Below, piece after piece: positions 1 through 10,295 of a stretch of DNA of 27,350 nucleotides. Below the pieces are notes generated by a model that saw only the letters and a program-made list of their open reading frames with translations, was not told the origin of the DNA and did no database searches. Position 1 is the stretch's first letter. Every line of letters starts with the position of its first letter. This stretch comes from Octopus sinensis (lineage: Eukaryota), in NCBI RefSeq assembly GCF_006345805.1, contig NW_021833375.1, forward strand, positions 1-27,350, written 5' to 3'. A program made the translations under genes and the position numbers.

Positions 1-2290
1 GATGGGAAGATTTTCGAGACCAGGTTGTTCAATAGCAGCCGAAACACTGGGTATGTTACTGCCAGACACAGAGACTGGTTTGATGAGAATGATGCTGAAA
101 TTCAGTGACAATTAGTGGTAAAGCGCCATGCCCACAGTGTGTTGCTGCACAGAACTGTCTACTGTACAGCGAAGTCTAGCACTTGCCCACTATAACAGTG
201 GAAAATCACTACTGCAGCGATCTCTCAGGAAGATGCAGAACACTTAATGGGAGGATCTTGCTTGTGATGTTCAGGCTGCTGCTGATGCAAATGACAGCAA
301 GAAGCTTTACCATCTTATGAAGCGAGCTTATGGACCTAAGAGCTCCACATCAGCTCCTTTGCTTTCCAAGGAGTCTTCCACTCTGTTTACTAAATCAACA
401 GAAATCACAGGTCGCTGGATCGGACACTTCTCTGAACTCCTAAACCATGAGTCAGTTGTGGATGAAACAGTGATTGATACTATGAAACAAAGACCTATCA
501 TTGGCTCCTTAGACTCCTCGCCCTCAATAGATGAAGTAATGACATCAATAAGTAAATTGAATCTTGGTAGGGCACCTGGAAAGGATGGAATTTGTGCTGA
601 GGTCTTGCGATTTGGTGGTAATTGCATCACACAGTCCCTTCACTTATTAGTGCAGTTTGGAGGGATGGTGCAATCCCTAAGGACTGGAAGGATGCAATTA
701 TTCTTCCTCTATATAAAGGAAAAGGAGCCAGAACAATGTGTGGTAACTACAGAGGTATTGCTCTACTATCAGCTGCTGGCAAATATTCGTCTGAATGGGT
801 GTCTCGTAAATGATGTCCTATCTGAATCCCAATGTGGCTTCCGATCTGGTAGAGGGACAATGGATATGATTTTCACAGCAAGACAGATGCAGGAGAAGTG
901 CTATGAGCAGGTATTTTGATTTAACTAAGGCCTTTGATACTGTAAATAGGGCCTTTCTATGGAAATACTTGGCAAACTTGATGTCCGGATCACTTTGTAT
1001 CTATAATTAATCATTTCATGATGGGATGGAGGCTTGGGTCAATGTTGGGTGGTGCCATGAGGAACCCATTCCTGTGGAGAATGGTGTTAAGCAGGGTGAC
1101 ATCCTTGCCCCAACTCTCTTTTCTTTGTACTTTGCTGCTACTTTACTCATGCTTTTGCTAAGGTTAGCTCTCTGGGATATATGTCAGATATCGATCTTCT
1201 GGCCGCCTCTTTAATCTTCACCGATTTGCTGCCAATTCAAAGGTTTCCCAGTCTATTATTCGTGACCTCCTTTATGCAGATGACTGTGACGTAGTCACTC
1301 ATACAGTGGATGACATGCAAATACTCATGAATTGCATTTCTGCTTCTTGCAGGGCATTTGGACTCAGCATTAGCCTGGACAAGACTGTTGTAATGTTCCA
1401 GCCAGCACCAGGAAATCCATATATAGAACCAGCTATCTTGGTTGAAAGAACAATTCTGAAGGTAATAGACAAGTTTGTCTACCTGGGCAGCACACTCAGC
1501 CGTTCTTGCTCCCTGGATGAGGAAATATCTTTCAGGTTGCAGGAAGCAACTAATTTCTTCCGGTCTCTTCAGTCTCATATCTGGTCTCAACATGGCATCG
1601 CAAGAAGAACAAAAGTTGCTGTGTACCGTGCTTGTGTACTGACATCGCTTCTCTACTCATGTGAGACATGGACTCTGTACAAACGTCAGGTAAGCGTCCT
1701 TGAACGTTTTCATCAGAGATGTCGCAGACACATTCTCAATGTTGGCTGGACCTCAAAAATTCCAGACACATAGATCCTGAGGACAGCTGATATCTTGAGT
1801 ATTGAGGCGATGGTGCACAAGCACCGGTTGCGTTGGACTGGACACCTTATTAGAATGAACAATAGAAGGATTCTTAAGCAGATGCTCTATGGAGATTGTG
1901 AATGGAAGGAGACTCCGGCAGAAACCAAGGCTGCGATTTAAGGACTGTGTCAAGTCCTCATTAAAGGTCTGTGATATGCAGGACACTGACTGGGAGAACA
2001 ATGCCTGTCATCGCCACAGATGGAGGAAGCAGGTTAAGGAGGGGATCGACACTTTTGAGAGAGCACGTATGCAGCATGAAGAACTTAAGCGAGCTGTGCG
2101 AAAGTGCACGGCTCGTATAGTGAATGGGGAAAGCTTGGTCTGCAATGTTTGCAGTCGTGTATGCTTGTCAAGAGCAGGGCTCATTAGCCACCAACGGAGC
2201 CACAAATGCAAGATATAAGTTAGTCCTAGAGCGCACAATGTTCCTGAAGGTTGGCAATGGTCTTCCTCGGTCACGAGTGGACGGCTATCA
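1..2290 (+). mobile_element. RTE-clade non-LTR retrotransposon (LINE), decayed; runs off the left edge, 3' end present
   Basis: Motifs across shifting frames: HRDWFDENDAEIQ (from 67), RAPGKDGI, IPKDWKDAIILPLYKGKG..CGNYRGIALLS, SESQCGFRSGRGTMDMIF, FDLTKAFDTVNR, GVKQGDILAPTLF, LLYADD (YADD 1273-1284), FVYLGSTLS, LLYSCETWTL, RLRWTGHL. C-terminal C2H2 finger CNVC-x12-HQRSH (2141-2203), stop at 2216-2218, then a short 3' UTR with a CTCG-GTCA-CGAG hairpin (2266-2277). Several frameshifts and stops. Confidence 0.93.
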
Positions 2291-2348
2291 TTTATACACA
2301 TGTATATGCTTACATGTATGTATATTATATATTATATATATAATATAT

Positions 2349-2392
<44 letters not shown>

Positions 2393-2701
2393 ATGCATAC
2401 ATGTATATATATATACACATGTATATGCATGCATATATATATATGCATATATGTATATATATGCATATATATATATATGCATATATATGTATATATATAT
2501 ATGTGCAATATATATATATATATATGCATATATATGTATATATATATGGCATATATATATATATGCATATATATATGTATATATATATATATGCATATAT
2601 ATATATGCATATATATATATGCATATATATATATGCATATATATATATACACATATATAGGAGATATTATATATATATAATATATATAAGACACACACCA
2701 C

Positions 2702-2743
<42 letters not shown>

Positions 2744-2815
2744 TATGTATAATGCATATTATATATACATATATATATACACACACACAACACACATATA
2801 TATATACATATATAT
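2291..2815. repeat. Compound (TA)n microsatellite with ATGCAT/ATGTAT/ACAC interruptions
   Basis: Seen directly; starts right at the RTE 3' end. Confidence 0.95.
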
Positions 2816-2946
2816 ATAACTACAAAATTAGAAAATGGAGAAACATACTTAAATCAATAAAACATCAACTATCAGATGATACCCAATCATGGATATATGT
2901 TATCCCATGGTGGGTTGAATTTTCAACCCCTATCTCATTTTATTAC

Positions 2947-2979
<33 letters not shown>

Positions 2980-2982
<3 letters not shown>

Positions 2983-3982
2983 GACTTTGTGCTGAAACAA
3001 CTGTTCAACCACTCAAATGTGGAAGTGATATATATTGACTTTGCAAAGGCCTTTGATAAGGTCGTCATTGAATGATATGTCACAAACTGCGTGATCTTGG
3101 CATAGTTGGAAAATTGGGAGAATGGCTTCATGACTTTCTGAAGGATAGAAGTCAGGTGATAGTAGCCAATGGGGCCACCTCCGATGACATGCAAATAGTG
3201 AGTGGTGTTTCACAAGGCACTGTTTTGGGACCACAACTGTTCACAATGGCCCTCTCAGACATGCTCTCAGCCACACAGAGAGCCACAATGACAAGTTATG
3301 CAGATAATACAAAAGTTTCACAGGTAATACAGAACCCTGAAGACACCATGCACCTGCAATGTGAGCTGGATGAAATATACAAGTGGGCTGAAAAGAATAG
3401 CATGCAGTTCAATGCTGAAAAGTTTCAAGCTTTATACTATCAGCATGCAAAACTAAATGTAACACCCAATAAATACACTGGACCTGGAGGGATTGCAATC
3501 CCAGAGGCACAATCAGTGCGAGACATGGGCATTTACATGAGTAATGATGCAACCTTTCATGCGCATATTGCTAAATTGGCAATGACCGGATGCATTCTTA
3601 GAACTTTTAGAACAAGAGACCAGGAAATCATGATGGTCCTCTGGAGGACACTTGTCCTAAGCCACTTTGACTATTGCTCTCAGCTATGGTCACCATCCAG
3701 TGTCAAATTAATCTCAGAACTTGAGGCAATCCAACGAAGCTACACAAAGAAGGTAGCCTTTATGCAGCATAAAAGCTATTGGGCAAGGGTCAAGAGATTA
3801 AGACTCTATTCCTTAGAGCGTAGGCAAGAAAGATATGCCAAAATATACATCTGGAAGATCCTGGAAGGACTTGTCTCAAATTTTGGTATCGAGAGTTACA
3901 CAAATACTAGAACTGGGCGCCACTGCATAGTACCAAGGACTCCAAATTTGCTATCAAGATGTAAGACAAGATACTGCAACAG
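2980..3982 (+). mobile_element. CR1-like LINE, 3' half of ORF2 (RT core and C-terminus), decayed
   Basis: [24 protein letters not shown], frameshift, ICHKLRDLGIVGKLGEWLHDFLKDRSQ, SGVSQGTVLGPQLF, catalytic motif mutated to YADN (3297-3308), [43 protein letters not shown]. Homology stops at RYCN (about 3982), where a TA tract begins. Confidence 0.92.
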
Positions 3983-4308
3983 ACATATGCTTATATATAT
4001 ATGCATATATATATACATATATATATATATACATATATATATATATGCATATATATATATATACATATATATATGCATATATATATACATATATATATGC
4101 ATATATATATATATGAATATATTATATATATGAATTATATTACATATATATGAATATATATATATATATATGAAATATATACATTTATATGAATATATAT
4201 ATATATATATATGAATATAATACATATATATGAATATATATACATATATATGAATATATATATATATATATGAATATATATACATATATATGAATATATA
4301 TACATATA

Positions 4309-4348
<40 letters not shown>

Positions 4349-4406
4349 TATATCTATATATATTATATATATATATGAAATATTTATATATATATATATA
4401 TATATA

Positions 4407-4440
<34 letters not shown>

Positions 4441-4573
4441 TATATATATATTATATATGAATATATATACATTATATGAATATATATATATATGAATATA
4501 TATGAAATATATACATATATATGAATATATATTCATATATATGATATTATATATATATATATGAATATATATA

Positions 4574-4613
<40 letters not shown>

Positions 4614-4700
4614 ATATAATATATATATATATACATATATATATGCATATATACAAATATATATATACATATATATGCATATATATACATACATACATAT
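3983..4700. repeat. Compound (TA)n microsatellite, ATGCAT-type then ATGAAT-type
   Basis: Seen directly. Confidence 0.95.
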
Positions 4701-5133
4701 CAAACTAAAGTTATTGAACAAACAAATGCAAGGTCATCCGCATAGCATTTCATAATTCGAACATTTAATCATAGAATATACATATAAACATCTCGCAAGA
4801 TTGAACATAATTCATCTGTACAAGCATACAAGCATATAATAATGATAATAAAGTGCAAGAAAAAAATGTTTTCATCACAGTTTAGAGTTAATACTTTAGC
4901 GATTCAGAAAAATACATTTAAAAAACAAAAATCGTTTCAACACCTAGAAAGTAAAAATATAATATAATATATAAAAATATATAAAATATATATGTATACA
5001 CATATAGGAGCATATAAAAAATATATAATATACATCATGTAAATAAAATAAAAGTTCATCGTTTAGAAATCTTATTAAATAATTATTCAAGTAAAAGAAG
5101 CCTTATAGTTAAAAAGGGAACCATATTTACTTA

Positions 5134-5210
5134 TCCCTATGGCCATTTCAGGCGTGTATTATGTTTAAAGCACTAGGGTGCATCCAGATAATACCTCCTT
5201 CGTCAGGGGA
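5134..5210 (-). ncRNA. Type I hammerhead ribozyme fold with intact catalytic core and extended stem II
   Basis: Minus-strand RNA: UCCC | CUGACGA | AGGAG-GUAUUAU cuggau GCAC ccua GUGC uuuaaac AUAAUAC-acg-CCU | GAAA U GGCC A U A | GGGA. Stem I UCCC/GGGA, consensus CUGANGA and GAAA boxes, stem III AU-GGCC-AU (palindromic), AUA cleavage triplet. Folded by eye; activity untested. Confidence 0.78.
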
Positions 5211-5375
5211 AAAAAATATATATACATAAAGATAGACATCATCGCGTACCAAGCCAGCACAATGTTGTTTGCTTTCCTATTGAGGCATTCATGCTCAGAT
5301 AGCCCAAAAGAATAGCAGTCCTATTAATCTTTTTGTTCCTGACAAGAAACAATCACTGTATTATTGATATTGATA

Positions 5376-5377
5376 CA

Positions 5378-5412
<35 letters not shown>

Positions 5413-5613
5413 GCATATATATATACAAATATATATATACATATATATATGCATATATATACATATATATATATACATATATATATGCATATATACACAA
5501 ATATATAAATACATATATATATGCATATATACACAAATATATATATACAAATATATATGCATATATATACAAATATATGCATATATATATACATAATTAT
5601 ATGAATATATATA
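5376..5613. repeat. Compound (TA)n microsatellite abutting the CR1 RT break
   Basis: Seen directly. Confidence 0.93.
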
Positions 5614-7506
5614 GTGCTGAGTTAAGCAGCTTCTTCCTGGTCGGAAACCATGTTGGGTGTCAGGCAGCAAGTCATTTTCTTCAAGGAAGGTGATTAGTTT
5701 CCTTCTGACTATTCGTTCCATGACCTTGCTGATGTGTGAGGTCAGAGAGATAGGTCTGTAGTTCTTGGCCTCCGCTCTGCTACCTCCTTTATGAATAGGG
5801 CATATTTTACCTTCCTTCAGTTTTCTTGGAAGTTTGCCAGTTGCAAGGAAGCTCTGAAAGAGGAACTGCAATGGTCTTGCTAGGACTCTCTTACATACTT
5901 TTCGATGGATTGCTGGGAATCCATCTGGGCCAGTAGCTGAGTTTGTTTTCATTTCATCAATAGCCTTTATTACATCGTCTTCCTTTATATTGATGTAATC
6001 AATCATCGCTGCCTCTGATTTTATATCTGCAGTGGTAAAGAAGTCAGTTGGATTGCTGACTTGAAAATGCCCTAGGGGCGGCGTGAAAATACTCTTGAAT
6101 TGCTCATTTAGTATTTCACTTACCCTCATTGGATTTCCTGTGAGTGTGCCATCCTTTTCAAGGAGTGGCCCTATCCTACAGTGCACCGTAGCTGTTTCTT
6201 TGGCATACCTGTAGAAAGCTCTGGGGTTAGATTTTATGTTGTCTATAGCCCAGGCTTCTTTGTCTGCCCTTTCTTTTTCATGGGAGAGTTGCAGCCAATT
6301 TTCAATTTCGAACAGTTTTATTTTTAGGCGGGACTTTTCACTGCTTTCAATTTGTTTGTTTAGGCGATTTGAAACTTTTGTACGCAGTCTCATTAGAATT
6401 TTCCTCTCTCTGGGGATTTTGCTCTTGTGTACAGTGGCCTTTCTCTCTGGGACACATTTGTAGCATATGGCTTGCATTACAGACATGAATTGTTGAAGTT
6501 TCATGTCGATGTCTGGCGAGGAGAGACATTTAGGCCAGTTTTGTTTGAGGATCTCAATTTGTTTCTAGTTTGCCTTATGGAAGTTCAAGCTGGAAAGATT
6601 CTGAGAGTTTCTTGTAGGCTGCATGTCCATGCTTTCCTTTGGCCCGTACATGGTCAGCTCTACCATGTTGTGATTTGAGAGTAGTGTCGGTGTCACTTTC
6701 ACATTATGGATAAGATCCATATTATTTGTGAAGCAGAGGTCCAGTGTGTTACCTGCCTTGGTTGGTTGGAGTATTACTTGCTCCATGTACAGAGTGTTGA
6801 TGAGGTTCAGGAGGGACCTCGCCTGTCCTCGTTCACATCGTGTCATTCCTGGGAGAGAAAGGCCCTCGGGCCATCTGACATTGGATAGATTGAAGTCTCC
6901 CATAAGAAGTACACTTATGTGTTGTTCTAATGTGACTAGAACTTCTTCTATTTTTATAATAGAACTTGCCTACATGGCTTGGGGCATCTGGAGGGCGATA
7001 TGTAGCACATATAACTACACCAAGTTGCCTTATATGTACAATTAGTGTGTCACACACCGAATTTGAGTATGACAAAAGGACCTGGGGTGTGAGGTCCTCA
7101 CGGATGTACATAGCAACTCCTCCATGACTCCTTTCTTTTCTGTCGGTCCGTAGTACAACATATTGTGGTATGTGTATTTCCGCATCTGCTATGTCCGGTT
7201 TCAGGTGTGTTTCCGTAAGTGCTATGCATAAGGCTTGATTGCATGCAACAAAGTCTCTCAAGAACGGGATTTTTGTCCTATTACTGAGTGTTAGCAGTCC
7301 TCTGATGTTCAGTAGGAGCATCGAGGTGAGGTGTATACTGTTGCCGGCGGTGTCCACCTTGGGTCTATTTGCTGTGGCGGTCTTGTGTATTGTGGATAGT
7401 CCCACCTGCTAGTTTGAGTTTGATGGAGCCAGGTTAGCTGCTGTACAATCTTTTGTGCCATGCACAAAAAAGATTCTTGTTCAGCAGCTGCCCGTTCAAT
7501 AACATG

Positions 7507-8220
7507 TTAGCGGTTTGTAGCACGCACCACATCTGCGTACCTCCGTTTTGGGGCAGGTGGTGCGTGGTCCATTCCTTTTCCTTTTGGTAGTTGGTTTCTG
7601 ACCTGTTTCGTGTTTATGTGGCAGGGTCTTTGATGTGCAAAACGGCAGCCTGCACCTTCCTCTCCATGCCAGCAGACACCTTTCAGGTGAAATTTACACA
7701 TTCCTGTGCGCTGTCTGTTTCTATCCTTTTTGGTACATGGATAGTCAGGTTTGCTTCTATCCTTGGCTGTTTCATCTTTTGTTTTTCTTTTAGTTTTTCC
7801 TCCTTTTAGTTCTTTTTTGGCTCTTTCATCTCCATGGTTTTGACTTTGGCTTTTGGTGCTGGTAGGAGCACTTGCAGTTGGGTTTACTTCCCGGGCAGGT
7901 TTCTCACCTGAATCTTCTTTGTTGCTGTCCTGGGTGTCTACCAAGTGGGGGTGACATCTTTCATCAGCACCCACGCCTCCATCCTTGTCATCTTTACTTT
8001 GTTCGTTGTCAAAGATGGCATCAAGCGTGCCAACGTGAGATCTTATGAGTTCATAGGAGCGTATAAACTCCTGCTTCTTTCGCTCTATCTGCGCTATCAT
8101 CCTTTTATATCCACTGCTCTTCAGTGCAGCTGTAATTATGTTGTTCGGATTATTTCCGTCGGCGCATTGACAGGCTCTCAGGGACAACGCCAATTCGTTA
8201 CTTCTCCAGGTTCTGGACAT
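7507..8220 (-). CDS. LINE ORF1-like protein (237 aa, open) with a CCCH zinc finger
   Basis: ATG at 8220, TAA at 7507-7509. Lies directly upstream of the APE domain on the same strand. CKFHLKGVCWHGEEGAGCRFAH = C-x7-C-x8-C-x3-H (7633-7698), preceded by a basic, low-complexity region. Probably not expressed. Confidence 0.7.
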   Translation of the reverse strand: MSRTWRSNELALSLRACQCADGNNPNNIITAALKSSGYKRMIAQIERKKQEFIRSYELIRSHVGTLDAIFDNEQSKDDKDGGVGADERCHPHLVDTQDSNKEDSGEKPAREVNPTASAPTSTKSQSQNHGDERAKKELKGGKTKRKTKDETAKDRSKPDYPCTKKDRNRQRTGMCKFHLKGVCWHGEEGAGCRFAHQRPCHINTKQVRNQLPKGKGMDHAPPAPKRRYADVVRATNR

Positions 8221-8299
8221 TTTGGATATTTTATTGATTTATCTATCTAATTATATTTAAAATTTAATAGTGCGATAGAGGGTAGAGAAGAAATAGAGA

Positions 8300-8955
8300 A
8301 AGAAAGTGTCTATGTATTTAAAGAGATTGAGAGCTGAGAGAAGATAAGAAGAGAGTAGGAGAGAGTGAGAGGAGAAAGTTCGCGTCTATATATTTAGAAA
8401 AATTGAGAGGCTGAGAGAGGAAAGATGGTGTGACAGAGAGAAGTGGAGAAGTGAAGAGACAAGGAAAGAGGCGTGAGGGAGAGAAGTGAAGAGACAGAGA
8501 GAGAAATAAATGAAAGAGAGGAGGTTATGCAAAAGATTGAGCGGTTGAGAGAAGATAAGGAGAGAGTGAGAGAGAGTCTATATATTGAGGAAGATTGAGA
8601 GGCTGAGAGAAGAAAGATGGTGTGATAGAAAGAAGTGAAGAAACAGAGGTTGAAAGAAAAGAAAGAGAGGAGGTAACGAAGCTGAAACAGAAGTTGAAAG
8701 ATTATTAACAGAATGTAAATTATAAATATATAGCTACAAACGTTTTCTTCTAAACTAAACTAATTGCGACTATACTTCTAATGTTCGCGTCTATATATTT
8801 AGGGAGATTGAGGGGCTGAGTAAATATATATATATATATGTATAAATAAAGCAACAAATAAATATATGCCTATCTAAAATTGAATAATTTTAAAGAGATG
8901 TAACGGAGCTGAAACAGAAAGTGAATGTAAACAGAATGTAAACTGAGAATATGTC
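8300..8955. repeat. GA-rich tandem repeat region, probably the CR1 5' UTR
   Basis: The motif GTCTATATATTTAG..GATTGAGAGGCTGAGAG recurs at about 8307, 8385, 8530 (partial), 8576 and 8789. AAC.GAGCTGAAACAGAA..AACAGAATGTAAA occurs at about 8675 and about 8902. Confidence 0.75.
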
Positions 8956-9363
8956 CTTACATTGAATTACGGGAAAATAAACAAATGAAAAGGGGTACTT
9001 ATCTCATAAGAGACAGAAGTCCCAAAGTCTTCTCCCTATACGAAGAGTTTTTCTTTCAAAAAGTAAAAGAAAAACGGTTCTTTTTGCTTGTTGAAGTCGA
9101 TTGGGAATAAACTTAAGAGATGTCACCACGTGCTTTTTCGACGGGAAATCTGGCGTGCGTAATTAACTTTAGTGTATTATATTTGGCTTGAACGAAATAT
9201 ATTACGGTTTTTAACTAATATATCCTAGTAGACCGCTATGAGATAACAAGTTCTACGTTTTTTATCAGTTTTAGCAGATTATTTCGTCGATTTATGCAAA
9301 CCTTTTGGGGTTTTTTTTTATCACAGAGCAAAGTAACACGTTTTTACCCTACGAAAACCGGAA

Positions 9364-9403
<40 letters not shown>

Positions 9404-9529
9404 GATATTGTTTTTGTGTCTCCTTTTGTCTCAAAGCCGTAGGGCGCCTGTGTCATCCATGTTTTTAACCGTTACTGTCTCCAAAAAAGATTTTTTTGTT
9501 TCATGTTCGTCTCTGTTGCTTTGCATTCT

Positions 9530-9596
9530 TTCCTTCTGTGGCTGGCTGATTCAGAGCGGATCTCAGAATTAAACAGCCGAAATCTGCGATGAGGAA
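9530..9596 (+). ncRNA. Degenerate type I hammerhead-like relic, probably inactive
   Basis: UUCCU(U) | CUGUGGCU | GGCUG AUUC aGAG cggau CUCa GAAU uaaa CAGCC | GAAA UC UGC GAU G | AGGAA. Stems I, II and III and GAAA are in the right order, but the CUGANGA box is mutated and position 17 is G. Confidence 0.45.
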
Positions 9597-9719
9597 TCAG
9601 TTTCTGACTGAAGAATGAAGGCTTTGAATGACCCGTTTGTCTTTTTGTTCGTCCCTTCGTGTATTTCACGTTATTTATTTATGTAAAGGTTTATTATATA
9701 TATATTATATACAGACATA

Positions 9720-9819
9720 ATTATATGAATATATCTATATATACATTTATATATATACATACATATATATGCATATATACATATGGCTTATATATATATA
9801 TATATATATATATGCATAT

Positions 9820-9852
<33 letters not shown>

Positions 9853-9881
9853 GCATATATATATATATATATATATATATG

Positions 9882-9946
<65 letters not shown>

Positions 9947-10106
9947 TTATATATATATATATATATAATATATATATTATATATATAGCATATATATATA
10001 TATATATATGCTATATATATATATATGCATATATATATATATATGCATATATAATATAATTTCATATATATATATATGCATATATATATATATATATATA
10101 ATATGC

Positions 10107-10139
<33 letters not shown>

Positions 10140-10290
10140 GCATAATATATATATGCATAATATATATATATGCATATATATATATTGCATATATATATAT
10201 ATATGCATATATATATGCATATATATATATATGCATTATATACATATACACACTAATATATATATAATATATATACACGCATACACACAC
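9720..10290. repeat. Compound (TA)n/ATGCAT microsatellite
   Basis: Seen directly. Confidence 0.95.
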
Positions 10291-10295
10291 GCACC

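Larger units (their letters stand above)
5614..8955 (-). mobile_element. CR1-like LINE, 5' half: putative repeat-rich 5' UTR, ORF1, APE endonuclease and N-terminal RT
   Basis: APE motifs LLLNIRGL (from 7321), IALTETHL, GGVAMYI, TYRPP, MGDFNL, GNTLDLCFT. Then [52 protein letters not shown] ending at about 5614. At least two frameshifts in ORF2. The left boundary is exact; the extent of the 5' UTR (8221 to about 8955) is an estimate. Confidence 0.88.
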
